From Tubiluchus corallicola (Eukaryota > Animalia > Priapulida): a stretch of DNA of 64,000 nucleotides. The notes under the pieces were generated by a model. The model saw nothing but the letters and a program-made list of their open reading frames with translations, ran no database searches and was not told where the DNA came from. A program made the translations under genes and the position numbers. The stretch lies in NCBI GenBank assembly GCA_030141605.1, contig JAQGDQ010000044.1, positions 620,001-684,000 of the forward strand. Direction: 5' to 3'. This document shows, piece by piece, positions 11,654 to 34,985 of the stretch (position 1 is its first letter; each line of letters starts with the position of its first letter).

Positions 11654-12939
11654 TTTCCTAACAAGAAAAAATATTTAATTAACAAACTAGAACTTGAATG
11701 GGCATTCGATAAAAAATCAATAATTGTCATTTTCCAAATTATTTTAGCATAAAACTGACAATGCTCTAATGATCAATGTTGTTTGGTGAAGAGACTGCAA
11801 TCAAAAGTGATGAAAACTCACCTAATGCTGATCAAGGGTTAAATAAAGTGTTTGATACATGTATTAGTACAACATGTATTATACTAAATTTCGCAAAAAA
11901 GAAGACAATTAGTCAGTTTGTGCTAAATTTCTTTGGTAGCCAAAGTTAAGCAGTCGCAAAAAGACTGTGAAGCATCAATGAACGCCTGGATTAAGTTTAG
12001 ATTATGCCGGTTTAGTAGCGGAAACCGTTTAAAACAGAATTTTGATACGTTCAATATTTTGATGGCTTAGAGGTAAACGTATTATGTAAAATTTGCAATA
12101 AATTAAGACATTTGTGCTAAATTTCCTTCTTAGCAAAAATTAAACAAACTCGAAAAGCTAAAAGAGACAAAAACGGGGATAGGTATGTACATTTTACGTT
12201 TTCAAACAGTTTCCCTTACTGACTCGTACGTTTCAAAATGTAAAATAATTTCGTCTCAATCTTGCTACTCCTATATTGTAGATAAAGTTTGTCGTAAATG
12301 TTAAGATAAAACGAAACATCTTGTAAGTTTACTCTTCAAAAAATACCACTGAATGTATTACCAAGAAATCTTTCAAACATTTTAAAAAAAGTTGCCGTTT
12401 GTAACGATAAAAAACGCAGTTCGTAAGATGACTAGGTCATATACTAAAACTTCAAAATGCTTACTTTAGTAATAGTAAAAAATACTTACAATTATAAGTT
12501 GAGTTGAGATTCGTGTGGTACCACAGACGACAGGCGTATGGTAGCAACACCGGTCTCATCACGCCTTAAATACTTCCATCGGCTGGTGACCATGAGAGTC
12601 AAGCTCTTAATCACAGATACCTGAAGTCAGCAGCAGCAGTAGCAGCCGGATTTTTAACGAACAACCTTCTGTCACCCATCAAAATAAAAGTGTTGTTTTC
12701 TGTCCTGAGAGACCGCGCATGTAATTTAAAGCCCTAGCAAGGCAGTTACTGAATATGAAACAAACAGAAAAACAATGACGTCTCTGTGCATTACCAGTGT
12801 AAATTAACGTTAGTGGAAGGTTGGAAAAACGCCTTTTATTTGAATGCATGTGTTTTGTTGATACTGATAATTATTTTCCCTAAAAAAACTTGAAGGGTAC
12901 AGGGGGTAAGTGATTTGTAGTTAATTGTGCTCAACAGAA

Positions 12940-14300
12940 AATTGGAGACATAGTTTAGACAACAAGCAATACATTTTAGCGGCATTTTTGGATTTAAGTA
13001 AAGCATTCGATAGCATTAACGCTCGAACTACTTTACGATAACTTAAAACAAATCAGATTTTATTCGATATCGTTAAAACTGATAGAAAATCATCTCAAAG
13101 ATGGACAAGAACGAGTAATGATACAACCAACTTTTCTGACTGGGCAACGTTAAACAGACGTATACCGCAAGGAACACTACTACTTTATTATTTTGCCTAT
13201 ATATAAACAACATATCCAGTGTATTACAACACTCACAAATAACGCTGATGACACTACAATCTACATAGCCCATGAAAATATCCAAACTGCAAAAATTTAT
13301 TTAGAAAAAGATATAAAAAATATAAATACGGCATTTAGTCATTACAAGCTAAATATGAATAATGACAAAACATAAACCATGATACTGTCACCCTCATTAA
13401 ATACTAATGATGCATCATCAACCACTTTGACAATAGATAATGCTGTAATCAAACAAACTAATAATGATAAATTTCTGGGCATACAGGTAGACAATAATCT
13501 TTCACGGGATGACACTTTAATAACATATACACAAAAATGGCATCAAGCACATCATATCTCCGACAAGTTAAAGGGCAGCTAATAAAGGAAACTAAGTCAC
13601 TAATATATAAAACTTTAGTTCTACCACACTTCTTATATGGATGTACGCTACTTCAAAAAACCAAAAGAGAAAATTACTTAAAATTAAATCTCCTTCAGAA
13701 CTATGTGTTGAGATTAATAGCTGGGTACTCATACAAACGTAAGGCAGGTAGACAAAAATTTAAAGCTTCAACAACTAACCTGAGAAAAACGTAAAAATTC
13801 CCAATCATTGAAGCACACAAAGAATATTTTACTCTGCTTTTTACATTTAAATACATTAACAACATCAGCAAACCATTCCGGAATAACAGATTTACCTTTT
13901 TTCCAAGTCTAATCGTTAATTCCAGAACAAGCAATCTAAAACAAATTAGGACAAATACCCACTATGGAACGAACTCTGTAATCAAACAAGCAATTCTACT
14001 TTGGAATTCTCTACCATTACAGGTTAAACAAATCAAGTCCCTATCAGCATTTAAAACAAAATTAAAATAACTAATATTAACCTAATATGAAATATCATCA
14101 CACCAGTACGACAACATACACACTAATTCAGAATTTATATATCCACGGCCATATTAATTAAATCATACTTTTTTCGTTTTTTGTTCATAGTTGTAAATAT
14201 GCTTGATTTTATTCGTCATTACTGCACAGTAAGTTTAGCAGTGTAAGTTTTTATTAACTAACACTGATTGATCATCTCTGTAAAGTTACTCTTACTTTAC
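12940..14300 (+). mobile_element. Degenerate LINE (CR1/L2-group-like) reverse transcriptase and C-terminus
   Basis: FLDLSKAFDSIN (~12985), PQGT, NADDTTI (YADD position), KFLGIQVDNNL, IYKTLVLPHFLYG, terminal WNSLP..VKQIKSLSAFKTKLK; many stops and frameshifts. Confidence 0.85.
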
Positions 14301-14418
14301 CTCACTCACTCACTCACTCACTCACTCACTCACTCACTCACTCACTCACTCACTCACTCACTCACTCACTCACTCACTCACTCACTCACTCACTCACTCA
14401 CTCACTCACTCACTCACT
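14301..14418. repeat. (ACTC)n microsatellite
   Basis: About 29 perfect tetramers between the LINE 3' end and the antisense 5S-like copies. Confidence 0.95.
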
Positions 14419-14422
14419 TACT

Positions 14423-14655
14423 CCTGCAGCACCTGGTATTCCTTGTTGGTCCCCCATCCAAGTACTAACCCCCCTCTTCGTTGCTTAACTTCGGTGATCA
14501 GAAGAGAACCGGTGTCTTCAACGTGATTTGAACCTAGTATTCCTTGTCGGTCACCCATCCAAGTACTAACCCGCCTCTTCGTTGCTTAACTTCGGTGATC
14601 AGACGAGAACCCTTGTCATCAACCTGTTTTGAACAACCGGTATTTTCAACGCCGT
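14423..14655 (-). pseudogene. Two tandem diverged 5S-derived copies (about 14423-14533 and 14534-14612) plus a 5' fragment
   Basis: Reverse complement ...CAAATCACGTTGAAGACACCGGTTCTCTTCTGATCACCGAAGTTAAGCAACGAAGAGGGGGGTTAGTACTTGGATGGGGGACCAACAAGGAATACCAGGTGCTGCAG; no T-run terminator. Confidence 0.85.
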
Positions 14656-14931
14656 AATTGTGTATAAGCAGATGCGCGTGATATACAAGAATTGCAAACT
14701 TGCTACATAGGAACATGTACTAATGCGTATAAATTGTCCTCAAATACCAGTAAAATCCACACTAAGTTTCGTTTATTAACAATCAGTATGCAAATCAGTA
14801 ACAACAGTATACAAACATGTTTAATATTAGCCTATATCGATTCGATTTTTTTACTTTTTCAAGAACGGAAGTGAACGAGTTAAAAAAAGACAAAAATTCG
14901 GATTTCCGTGATAAGTAATCTAGCTTGTCGC

Positions 14932-15155
14932 CTAGAATTCACAAATATACGGAAATTTTGCTGTATCACACGAGAAGTCATTCCACGTGTTCCCATTTGC
15001 CCGCAAGATGGCGCAGCTTTCGCCATCGCCGTAATTTTCTGGTTGGCCATCTGCTACATCCCAAGAAGTAAAAAGGGCAGGTCGACCTGTTGCAAACCAC
15101 CTCCAGTCACCCTCCTCGTGTATGTCCATTAAACCAATCCAAAAATGCTCACCAG
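14932..15155 (-). CDS. Terminal exon of a C-type lectin domain protein (upstream exons not found)
   Basis: After an AG acceptor: GEHFWIGLMDIHEEGDWRW...WDVADGQPENYGDGESCAIL...WNDFSC...YICEF*; WIGL, QPx, WND and C-terminal Cys motifs of the CTLD fold. Confidence 0.8.
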
Positions 15156-15756
15156 CTTTATTAAAAACAAAATATAATTAATATTAAATTTGGTTATTTA
15201 CCATTATATTTTCATATAATATAACAGTTATTTAACTTTTATACATTCCTCGGCAATTATAACGTACTTTACCACTCCCATGAAACACTAAAATAACAAA
15301 TATTACCAGTGATTTTTTTGAAATTTTTTTGCTCAAACAGCCTGCAGAAAAAAACGTTCTGACGGCACCTGGTGGGACTCTCGAAGGGAGATATACAGCT
15401 CTTTAGAAAGGGGAAGAACAGGGCTATACGATGATGTGGGCTATATTAGGACACGTCCATCAAGAGCAGTGACGACGACTTAATTAGATGTTCTATTTTT
15501 GGCAATTTTCGCTTGGAAAACTGCTGACGCAAAGCCATTGTTGTGACGTCATCCATTATACTCTGCCTGTAACTTTAATTCAGTAAAAGCTTCTGGCTTT
15601 GCGTTAGATAAACAGACAAACACTAGGTAGAATGTTTGCGCATATTTGATTATGAGTGGATTTATAAGCAAAATTTTTTTGCGGGGCCTTTGCTAGTTTG
15701 TTTATTAATTCACTCAATCGTTTATTCACACACAATCATTCATTCATTTATTCAGT

Positions 15757-15918
15757 TAGTCAGTCAGTCAGTCAGTCAGTCAGTCAGTCAGTCAGTCAGT
15801 CAGTCAGTCAGTCAGTCAGTCAGTCAGTCAGTCAGTCAGTCATTCGGTCGGTCGGTCGGTCGGTCGGTCGGTCGGTCAGTCGGTCGGTCGGTCAGTCAGT
15901 CAGTCAGTCAGTCAGTCA
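15757..15918. repeat. (AGTC)n/(GGTC)n compound microsatellite
   Basis: Direct reading. Confidence 0.95.
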
Positions 15919-16643
15919 TTCGTTCACTCATTCAGTAAATAATTTAAAAAACTTACAATTACTTATTTATTTGTGTGATTTATCTGCAGACAATTAAGAC
16001 AAAATCAATATTCAAGCTACGAAGAAATAAAAACACAAATAGATAAACAGACAAAATGACACAAAACATACAAATAGTGTAATCTTCAAGAATCACGAAA
16101 TTGTAATGTGACATGCAATGACATAATCGATGAAAAGTTGATCCAAGTTACTCCAAGGTCTTGCATAACCTCACATTTGGTCACTCACTAGCGGAGACGA
16201 AAGGTATGCATCTGAGAAATAATGGGTAAAAGCCCAAGGAGTCAAATCAAATATTGCAAACTGCAGCAATTATCATTTTGAATTTGCCAATGATTGCTTG
16301 ATTTACTATAATAGTTATTTCAGTTGAGAGCTTTACAAGTTGTACAAGATGTACTCAAAAACTAATCACGTACAGTCAAGATGTACACGCTACAGAATCT
16401 CCTAGTAAGACTGCTATTCGTTGTTAATTATTACTAGTAAATTAGTTAATTCCAGTTCTTATCGGTTTAGCATGTCCCATTAACTTGGAAAATGGTCAAA
16501 CGTAACACATTTCTCATTTGTATTTTTCTCATAGGAATATATGATGGCAGCGAAGACAACTCTCTAATCCAATGCTGTTTTATCGTACACCTGGTTTTAC
16601 TAGATTATGAATACTATAAATACTACTTGTGCTGTGCCGAGCA

Positions 16644-16764
16644 AGCTACAGCCAAATCACGTTGAAAACACCGGTTTTCGTCTGATCCCCAAAGTTAAGT
16701 AATGTAGAGACCCTGGTTAGTACTTGGATGGGTGACCGCCTAGGAATACTACGTGCTGTTGACT
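16644..16764 (+). pseudogene. Diverged, apparently chimeric 5S copy at the start of the right array
   Basis: 5' part CCAAATCACGTTGAAAAC resembles the 14.5 kb type; 3' part and downstream spacer are array type; several substitutions; lacks the array upstream spacer. Confidence 0.8.
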
Positions 16765-17410
16765 TTTTTGCTAGTGCCTATTAACTATTGAAGTGTGTGC
16801 ACAACACGACCATTTCATTTTTGCAGAATTGTTTCTGACTTTTGGAAGTAGAAGTGATAGGAATAAGTGTCTGTCTGAACATTATTTTGATTTTTATTTG
16901 CTTTGCATTTTAATGTCTAAAACTATCTATTTGTTACGTTTCTCAAATACTACACACAAAAATTCAAAACAGATACTTTGTTACTACGTTCACCTTAATC
17001 TATCTATTATTTCTATATTATCTCTTTTAACGAAATACAGAAGTTACGCAACCTCGAACCTGGTTTGGTTTTGCGTTTGAATGGGTGACTGCCCGGGACT
17101 GACATTTTTTTAAATGGTCAGGAAGGCTGATGACAAAAGCTGTAAAATCTTCTTCAACACTCAAAAATGGATTTTTGTTCTGACTGATATTTTTAAATGA
17201 AGGATCTCTTTGCTTGTTCATGCTTGATCATTCCCATGTTTAATTATGTCATATTTAGAAGGTAATAGACTTGAGCACGGTATTTTAACATCTCTGATAT
17301 TTTAGAATTTCATATGATATTTCTATTTATACTTTGCATTAAAATACTAAAAAGGTTTGTTTATTCATGTACATCATTTCTATGTTAACTCATCTTAAGA
17401 AACTGCTAAT

Positions 17411-17529
17411 GTCTACGGCCATATTACATTGAATACACCGGTTCTCGTCTGATCACCGAAGTTAAGCAATGCAGAGTGTGGTTAGTACTTGGATAGGGGA
17501 CCGCCTAGGAATACCACGTGCTGTAGACT
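17411..17529 (+). rRNA. 5S rRNA: 5S rRNA gene copy with several substitutions (possibly non-functional)
   Basis: Full-length 119 nt plus T6; box C altered (GGATAGGGGA). Confidence 0.8.
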
Positions 17530-18235
17530 TTTTTGCTAGAGTGATTATTAACAATCAAAGTGTGTGCACAACACGACCATATCATTTTGACAGTATTGTT
17601 TTTGATTTTTGGAAGTTGAAGTGGTGGAAATAAATGTCTGTCTCGACATTACGTTGATTTTTTTTGGCATTTTAATGTGAAAGACTATCTATTTGTTACG
17701 TTTCTCGAATATCACACAAAGTGAACAAAAATGAAAATAAAACTAGAAAATCAGCCACTGCCCTTCAAAAATTATTTTTGATTTTCATATAAAAATTCAA
17801 AACAGATACTTTGTTCCTACGTTCACCTTAATCTATCTATTATTTCTATATTATCTCTCTTTAACGAAATGCAGAAGTTAAGCAATCTCGAACCTGGTTT
17901 TGCGTTTGAATGGGTGACTGTCCGGGAATTCTGGTATTGCTAACTTCTTAACTTGGTGCTTAAATTTTTTTTAAATGGTCAGGAAGGGTGATGACAAATG
18001 CTGTAAAATCTTCTGCACCACTCAAAAATGGATTTTTGTTCTGACTGATATTTTTAAATGTGTATTCTTTTTGCTTGTTCATGCTTGATCATTCCCATGT
18101 TTAATTGCGTCATATTTAAAAGATAATATACTTGAGCACGGTATTTGAACCTCCCCGATACTTTATAATTTCATGTGATATTTTTATTTATACTTTGCAT
18201 TACAATACTAAGAAGGTTTGCTCGTTCATGTATAA

Positions 18236-18561
18236 TGTTACAGAGGCACCTGTGTCGGGTGTAGGGCCCTCTACACGCCCTGCTTTCACGTCAGCAGCGA
18301 CTCACCCCTTTTTTGTAGGTCCAGACGTCTTGTTTGGGCCTACACGTGGTGGAAGAAGCCAGCAGCCCTGGAATGCCAGTAAAAAAGCGTGTAGAGGTCA
18401 CTAGAGCCTTGATTTGTGACACAGCTGCTCCTCGGGCGTAGTGCTGTTACTTAGCTATTTTTTGTGTGTGTATTTTGTTCCCCTATAAGTGCTGGTAATA
18501 AACTCCGTACAGTGTAATTTTTGTGTTTTATATTGTGAGAGTTAAATGACATGCTATAACA
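18236..18561 (+). mobile_element. Solo-LTR-like element, 326 bp
   Basis: TGTTA...TAACA termini, GC-richer 5' part, TATAAG and AATAAA near the 3' end; no clear TSD. Confidence 0.55.
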
Positions 18562-18645
18562 GGTATCTGGTATTAGTTCACAGATATTAGCTTAATTAAT
18601 TAGCATAACATTTATAATTAAAAGTAACATTTGTAGTTAAGTACT

Positions 18646-19018
18646 CAGGGCCTCTTTCAGCTTAAGAGAGGCCCGGGAAAGTGGGGCGTGTGAGGCCCCC
18701 TCGAGGGGGAGGGCAAAGCGCCCAGAAAAATTTTGAACTGCTAGAACGCCGGAGAAGCATTTTCGAAGAGAAAACATGGAGTTACACAGTTGTTAAAGGA
18801 AAGAACAATTGAAAGAAAAACTGCTTTATTCTCAAAACCAGTCCTTAATACTTGTCAATACTGGCAAACGGCGCGCGTGCGGCAAGAGAGAGAGAGGGGG
18901 GAGCGGAGGAAGTATGTTCGCATAAAGCAAAAAAATGTTACCTTGGCATCAGGCCCCCTGGAGGGTGAGGCCCCGGGGAATTGTCCCCACTTAACCCCCC
19001 CCCCTAAAATAGGGCCTG
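18646..19018. mobile_element. hAT-type MITE
   Basis: Imperfect TIRs CAGGGCCTCTTTCAG / CTAAAATAGGGCCTG; perfect 8-bp TSD TAAGTACT (18638-18645, 19019-19026). Confidence 0.85.
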
Positions 19019-19427
19019 TAAGTACTCAATTACATACCGATACAAAATGGGTCTTCATGAACTATTTTCATCAGCATCTTGCAAGGTTAATGACTCGAAA
19101 GAAATCTAATGTTGCACAGTTATGCTTTTGCTGAATAGTTTGTCAGATTTAATTTGGATCAAGAGTTGTGTACGTATGATACAAAATGTTCAGTTAGCAA
19201 GTAAATGGTTTCCTTCAAGACTTGACAGAGAACGTTTGTAGAACTTCACCATATTTAAAACCATAAAAAATTAAATTAATATTGTTAGTGGCAACTCACA
19301 AACGATGTTCAAAAATTGGTTAAAAGTAATTTTATTCACATCCATTATATACAGCTTTATTAAAAGTATGTTATTCATAATATTCATAATGTTATTCACA
19401 AGTAGGCTTATAGCATGCTTAAAACTG

Positions 19428-19430
19428 TTG

Positions 19431-19462
<32 letters not shown>

Positions 19463-19598
19463 TGTGTGTGTGTGCATGCGTGTGCATGCGTGAGTGCGTG
19501 CGTGTGTGTGTGTGTGCGTGCGTGCATACGTGTGTGTGTGTGTGTGTGTGTGCATGCGTGTGTGTGTGTGTGTGTGTGTGCATGTGTGTGCATGTGTG

Positions 19599-19638
<40 letters not shown>

Positions 19639-19698
19639 TGCATGCATACGTGTGTGTGTGTGCGTGTGTGCGTACGTGTGCGTACGTATGCGTGCGTG
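19428..19698. repeat. (TG)n-rich compound microsatellite directly downstream of the CYP-A stop codon
   Basis: Direct reading; explains the HTHT/VCVC ORFs. Confidence 0.95.
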
Positions 19699-19709
19699 TT
19701 TATAGTTTC

Positions 19710-30250
<10,541 letters not shown>

Positions 30251-30589
30251 GACGGTAAAATAATTTTTTATGTTAAAATATTCATACACACATACATACA
30301 TACATACACACGGAAGGCGTCGACCACGTGACGCAGCTTTGTAAATACTGTACTATCTCGATTATAAGACCCTAGAAACTGCGCTAGTACCTACTGCGCA
30401 TTCCTGGGTAAATGGCCTTGAGTGGCGTTTATTGATTTGGAACTTATTTACATTAGTAAACATAATACGGACTCCTGGTTCCACAGCCAGCACGCTATAC
30501 GAAATAGACAGCTCTGCTTGCCAACTGGAGTTAGGTTCGCTACTCTGAAACTGCAATATAAAAATTCTGTTTTGTTATCAGCAATAACA
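30251..30589. promoter_or_regulatory. Shared bidirectional promoter region of CYP-A and CYP-B
   Basis: Divergent ATGs 339 bp apart; contains CACGTG, GTGACGCAGC (ARE-like, 30328-30337) and CACGCTA (XRE-like, 30491-30497). Confidence 0.55.
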
Positions 30590-33305
30590 ATGTTTCCAAC
30601 GTTGCTCATCGCGGCAGTTTTGCTCATTTTGTTACTATTTGTATGGCAGTGGAAGAAACGTCCCGAAGGGGCACCGCCGGGCCCTGTGGGCTGGCCCATC
30701 GTTGGTTCGATGTTCTCAATGGGAAAGGACCCAACCGCGTATTTTGAAAAGCTCACAAAACGGTATGGCAACATTTTCGGGCTGTACATAGGACCAACTT
30801 TCAACGTGGTCATCAACGATTTTGAAACGGGTCGTGAAGCTTTTCTGAAACATGGAGATGTATTTTCTGGAAGGTTCGAAAGTTTTACAATCGGTGAAAT
30901 TATGGGAGACGATGAAATGCGTGGTAAGTACTGCGATCATATAGCATTTGTAGTTGTGTTTTTAAAGAACCGCTTTCTTAATGTCTAATTTATATATTCA
31001 AAAAGCCAAGATTTCTTTGATCTTGAACAAGTGATTTAAAATATCAGAGACCTTTGCAAAAAAGCTTGAAAATTTTGGTATGTTAACTTATGTAGTTTAT
31101 AAATCCATCCAAGTTAGCAAACGAGTATGGTGGGGAAGTTACACAAATTCCATCCTCACAGTAGTTGCAAAACAGTTGTGTTAGCTTAATGAAGTTATCT
31201 TAATTTTACATACTATTAACAAATAATAGTCTTTCTATCTTTTATATCATCCTATATATATCAGCTTGATTCATTACAGCATTCCATTTTAAGCACTAAT
31301 GTTTTTTTAATCACGATTCACTTTAAATTTTCAGATTATCTCCATTACTTTTTTTCTATCACTGTGTGGGACAATCTAACAAGCCCTGCATTTTGATTGT
31401 CCTCAACACATTTACCTTCGTATATAAGTGAACGGTGTATGAGGCTTTTCCTGTGCAGTATTTCTTATTTGTATTATGTTCATTGTAAGCTCTTTCACTA
31501 GATATTGTACATGAAACTATTGTAAATGTGTAATGTGAAATAGATGACCTATGACTATTCGAGAATAGTACTGCAAACAATGAAGCATTGTGTAATACAG
31601 GTATGCAACTATTTGCTTCATTGGACGTGGACGCTTCAGGTAATTTTGCTAGCCGTATACCTAAAACTTAATCACTAAATTCTTTCGAAGAAAGTCAATA
31701 ATTCAATATTACGACCCAATAATTCAGGGATATTGGTTGGTTGATTGATTTTGCAACATAGATTGTGAACAACATTATTGCTAGATCCTGTTATCCTGTT
31801 ATGCAACTTAAACATCTAATAAGAAACTACAATCCAAAGAGACTAAACAATAAACACTGGACAGTGAAAAGCAAGAAATTACTGTAACATTGTTTGCAAA
31901 GTTATTTCATCATGTAAGTGTGAACAGGCCCTAATGTTGCACTTTTGGATTACAGGGCTTGTGATGTCAGAAGGAAGACGATGGAAAGAACAGAGAAAAT
32001 TTGCTCTGAGTAAACTCAAAGAGTTTGGAATGGGAAAGATTAGCTTGGAGAAGAAGATAAAAGAAGAAATATCAGCCTTTCTGAACGAGCTAAAGGATAA
32101 GGAAGGCAAACCTTTCGATCCTAAACTATATCTTTCAAATACAATTTCAAATGTCATATGTTCCATAGTATTTGGAAACCGTTACGAATACGATGACTCG
32201 GCATTTATCAAGTTAATGGACTACATTGCTCAAGATGTCCAAAATCCTGACATTACTGGGTTTATTGATGTCTTTCCGTGGCTGAGGTATCTCCCAGGAT
32301 TTAGATCAAGGTGGGTCAGACGATCTTACTCATCGTGCAAAACCTGTTGTAGCTAAATTAGGAAACAATCTCATTCATGAAGCGCTATTGGCCATTTTGA
32401 GCATTTTTTGGCATTTTTGTTTAACAATCAGTAATTTATTACACTGAAACTACTGATTTTTTGGTGTAGTAGGCTCACATATTTCTTCTTATTCGAGTAG
32501 TTTGGTTTCATCTAAAGTTGTTCCTTTGTTCGTGAGGTGGCAGAGACTGATTGGTAATTGATTACTAGTCGATTGTCGATTGATCACCAAAAAAGCCAAT
32601 CCCCGAATGGTAACACATTTGCGCAAATATTCGTTGCCAATACAGCTCTTCTGTGTTCTAGCGTCAACCTTAGCATTTACTCTCTTTGTTACCAGATGTC
32701 CAATTTATAGAAATCCGGTAATTGTTACAAATTTAGTTACGGTTAACTTTAGAACATTGTTAATTTTTGACATGTGTTACCAGTTATCAATTTCTTTATG
32801 CGCGTAGAGTGTCCGTTCTTACATGCTCTTACAATAAGCCAGTGATTATTAATACCATTTAATTCTTGATGTTTAAAAGTCACCCTGTTCGTTTGTGTGC
32901 CTGGCCTTGAATCCTGCCGCGGCCGCACTAGGCTAAAAATAAAACAACAATATATTTTGTGGAAATAGAGAGCTTCTTTTCAACAAAAATAGATCTCCAG
33001 ACCATTAAGCCACTGGTTACTCTTTGTAGATCAAAGGCTACTAGGTTATGGACTTTGGTCAGAATATTTACCTACATGATAGTCTATTAACGCTAAATTC
33101 AACAACATAAATATAAATAGTGTTGATTGGCGTTTAAATGTTTGGGAACATTGATTATTACGTGTATTATCTGTTACGTGTTAAAGATTGATAAACAGCG
33201 ATTTTGACTCTGTTCTTTTCTTATGCATATAAGTAAAAACCGAATGCCTTCATTTCAATCAGTGGTGTTGAAAAAGTAAAAATACTTCGAGTTATTTGTT
33301 CAGTA

Positions 33306-34087
33306 AAGCTCATTTCACAGCGAGGACGCAAAGAAAAATGACGTACGGAACTGCTGTCAGAAAATCAGAAAATATTTATGAAAATTTCCAATTTTTCTCG
33401 AAATCCCATTTACATGCAGCAAGGTAGTTCATTTCACAGTGAAATTGCGCGGTTTTTTCCGCACGCGCAGTTAACTCAACTTAACTGCAACTACTTCGCA
33501 AGTTTTATACTGTATAATCATGTTTAAATTAAGTTTTGCTTACCGAATTTCTCATATGCAAAGTACAATTAGCAAAAGTATTTATTAATCAAAGTATTTT
33601 TACACCTGTTTGTTTTTAGTAAAGTTTTACTAATGACTTCAAAATCTAAAAATATACATGTACAGTATAACATAAATATATTCGTTATTTTTGTTTTTAC
33701 GAATATAGCCATCGATGTTGCATTAAAAAAACACAAAATCGTCAGTCTGTTAAAGGAGAAATTAAATCTTAGAAATTAAATCTGCTGAAACGTGTTAATT
33801 GTTGTTCGTTAAATAAGAAACAATTAACAAAGTAGTTAAATTAAAGACTGAATTCTACGAGAATTCTTCAAGAAAATGGAACATACAGGCAAAATTCCTT
33901 ACGAGGAGGACGCATAGCTGCTAGCTGGCAGCAGAATTCCCCAAGAGGAATTGCACGAGGAATTTTGCTGCGCGTCCTCACTGTGAAAGGCGCCATAGAA
34001 AACAATGTGTTTCATTTTCGCGAGGAATTCCTCAAAGAATTTCTCCTCTAGGCATTCTGTTGCGCGTCTTCACTGTGAAATGGGCCT
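33306..34087. mobile_element. MITE with nested inverted repeats (PIF/Harbinger-like termini)
   Basis: AAGCTCATTTCACAGCGAGGACGC at left is an imperfect inverse of GCGTCTTCACTGTGAAATGGGCCT at right; internal TTTCACAGTGA / TCACTGTGAAA pair. Confidence 0.6.
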
Positions 34088-34392
34088 CAGCTTTCCTAGA
34101 AATTAACTGCTTAGTCATCATTATTTCAGATACAAGAAGTTCATGGAAAATGAATTTCACATTATGGACTTTATAAAAAGCCATGTGGACGAACACACGA
34201 AAACGTACAATCCAGATGACTTTGTTTCTCTTATTTAATGAAAATCCATTGTATTAATTCCAAATCCATTCCAGTAACCTAATATTGTACTCTAACTGTA
34301 ATGGTGACAAAATTTTTACATTGGCTTTTGATTATAATGTCTCTAAGCTTTTTTGAGCTGTTTTGTACCTCTCTGAGTAAGCAAGACAGGAC

Positions 34393-34985
34393 GATTTTTC
34401 ATATACTACCCCATTTTCAACACTGATAAAAAGTACACATTTTTAGACAATTAATACTACAAACGCATTTCTGATAATTAAATAATAGATTACAAACTTA
34501 ATTAACGGCAGGCGAGCCCAACTATTCATGACATCACAAATTAACATAATTTTCAACAACAAAAATATTCCACGAGTGTGTTGCACGTGTTTGCGAAAGC
34601 AAAAATTGAAGTACAATGCTACTGTAAAATATTCAGCAAGTTTTAAGATAAAAATTCAAATTTCAAATATACCGCTGTGATCACGTATGAGCTTTCGAAA
34701 CGGTGTACGTTTGTCACAGACTAGCACATTTGAACTGAGAGGTACAGCACCCGTTTTTTGTGCAATGCGTTTCCCAAATGCAGGTGCTAATGCCCGTTTA
34801 ACTAGCGAAAGGCGAAAGGCCTGTAACAGCGAAGAACTAGTGGTACGAACATGAAATTGTGTTTGTGTGGTAATAATTCTTTCACGTAAGTCATTTTTGA
34901 AAAAATAGTATGTTTCCTTTCAATATTTGAAAGAGTTGATTGTTTTGACCTACAGTTTAAGATTGGATCCTGTTTTGCTTTAATT
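34393..34985 (+). repeat. Unclassified interspersed repeat, copy 1 (others at ~48818-49380 and ~62872-63432)
   Basis: Shared blocks such as TAATTTTCAACA.CAAA, TTTAAGATAAAAA..AAATTTCAA and GGTAATAATTCTTTCACGTAAGTCATTTTTGAAAAAA. Confidence 0.85.

Larger units (their letters stand above)
16644..18235 (+). repeat. 5S rDNA tandem array, right part
   Basis: 5S at 16644 and 17411 with the same spacer as the left array; the last spacer ends about 35 nt short of where the next 5S would begin. Confidence 0.9.

Noticed and set aside
16183-16225. Possible micro-exon upstream of the lectin exon
   Set aside because: Splice-like signals are present but the peptide is not lectin-like and no further exons could be linked.
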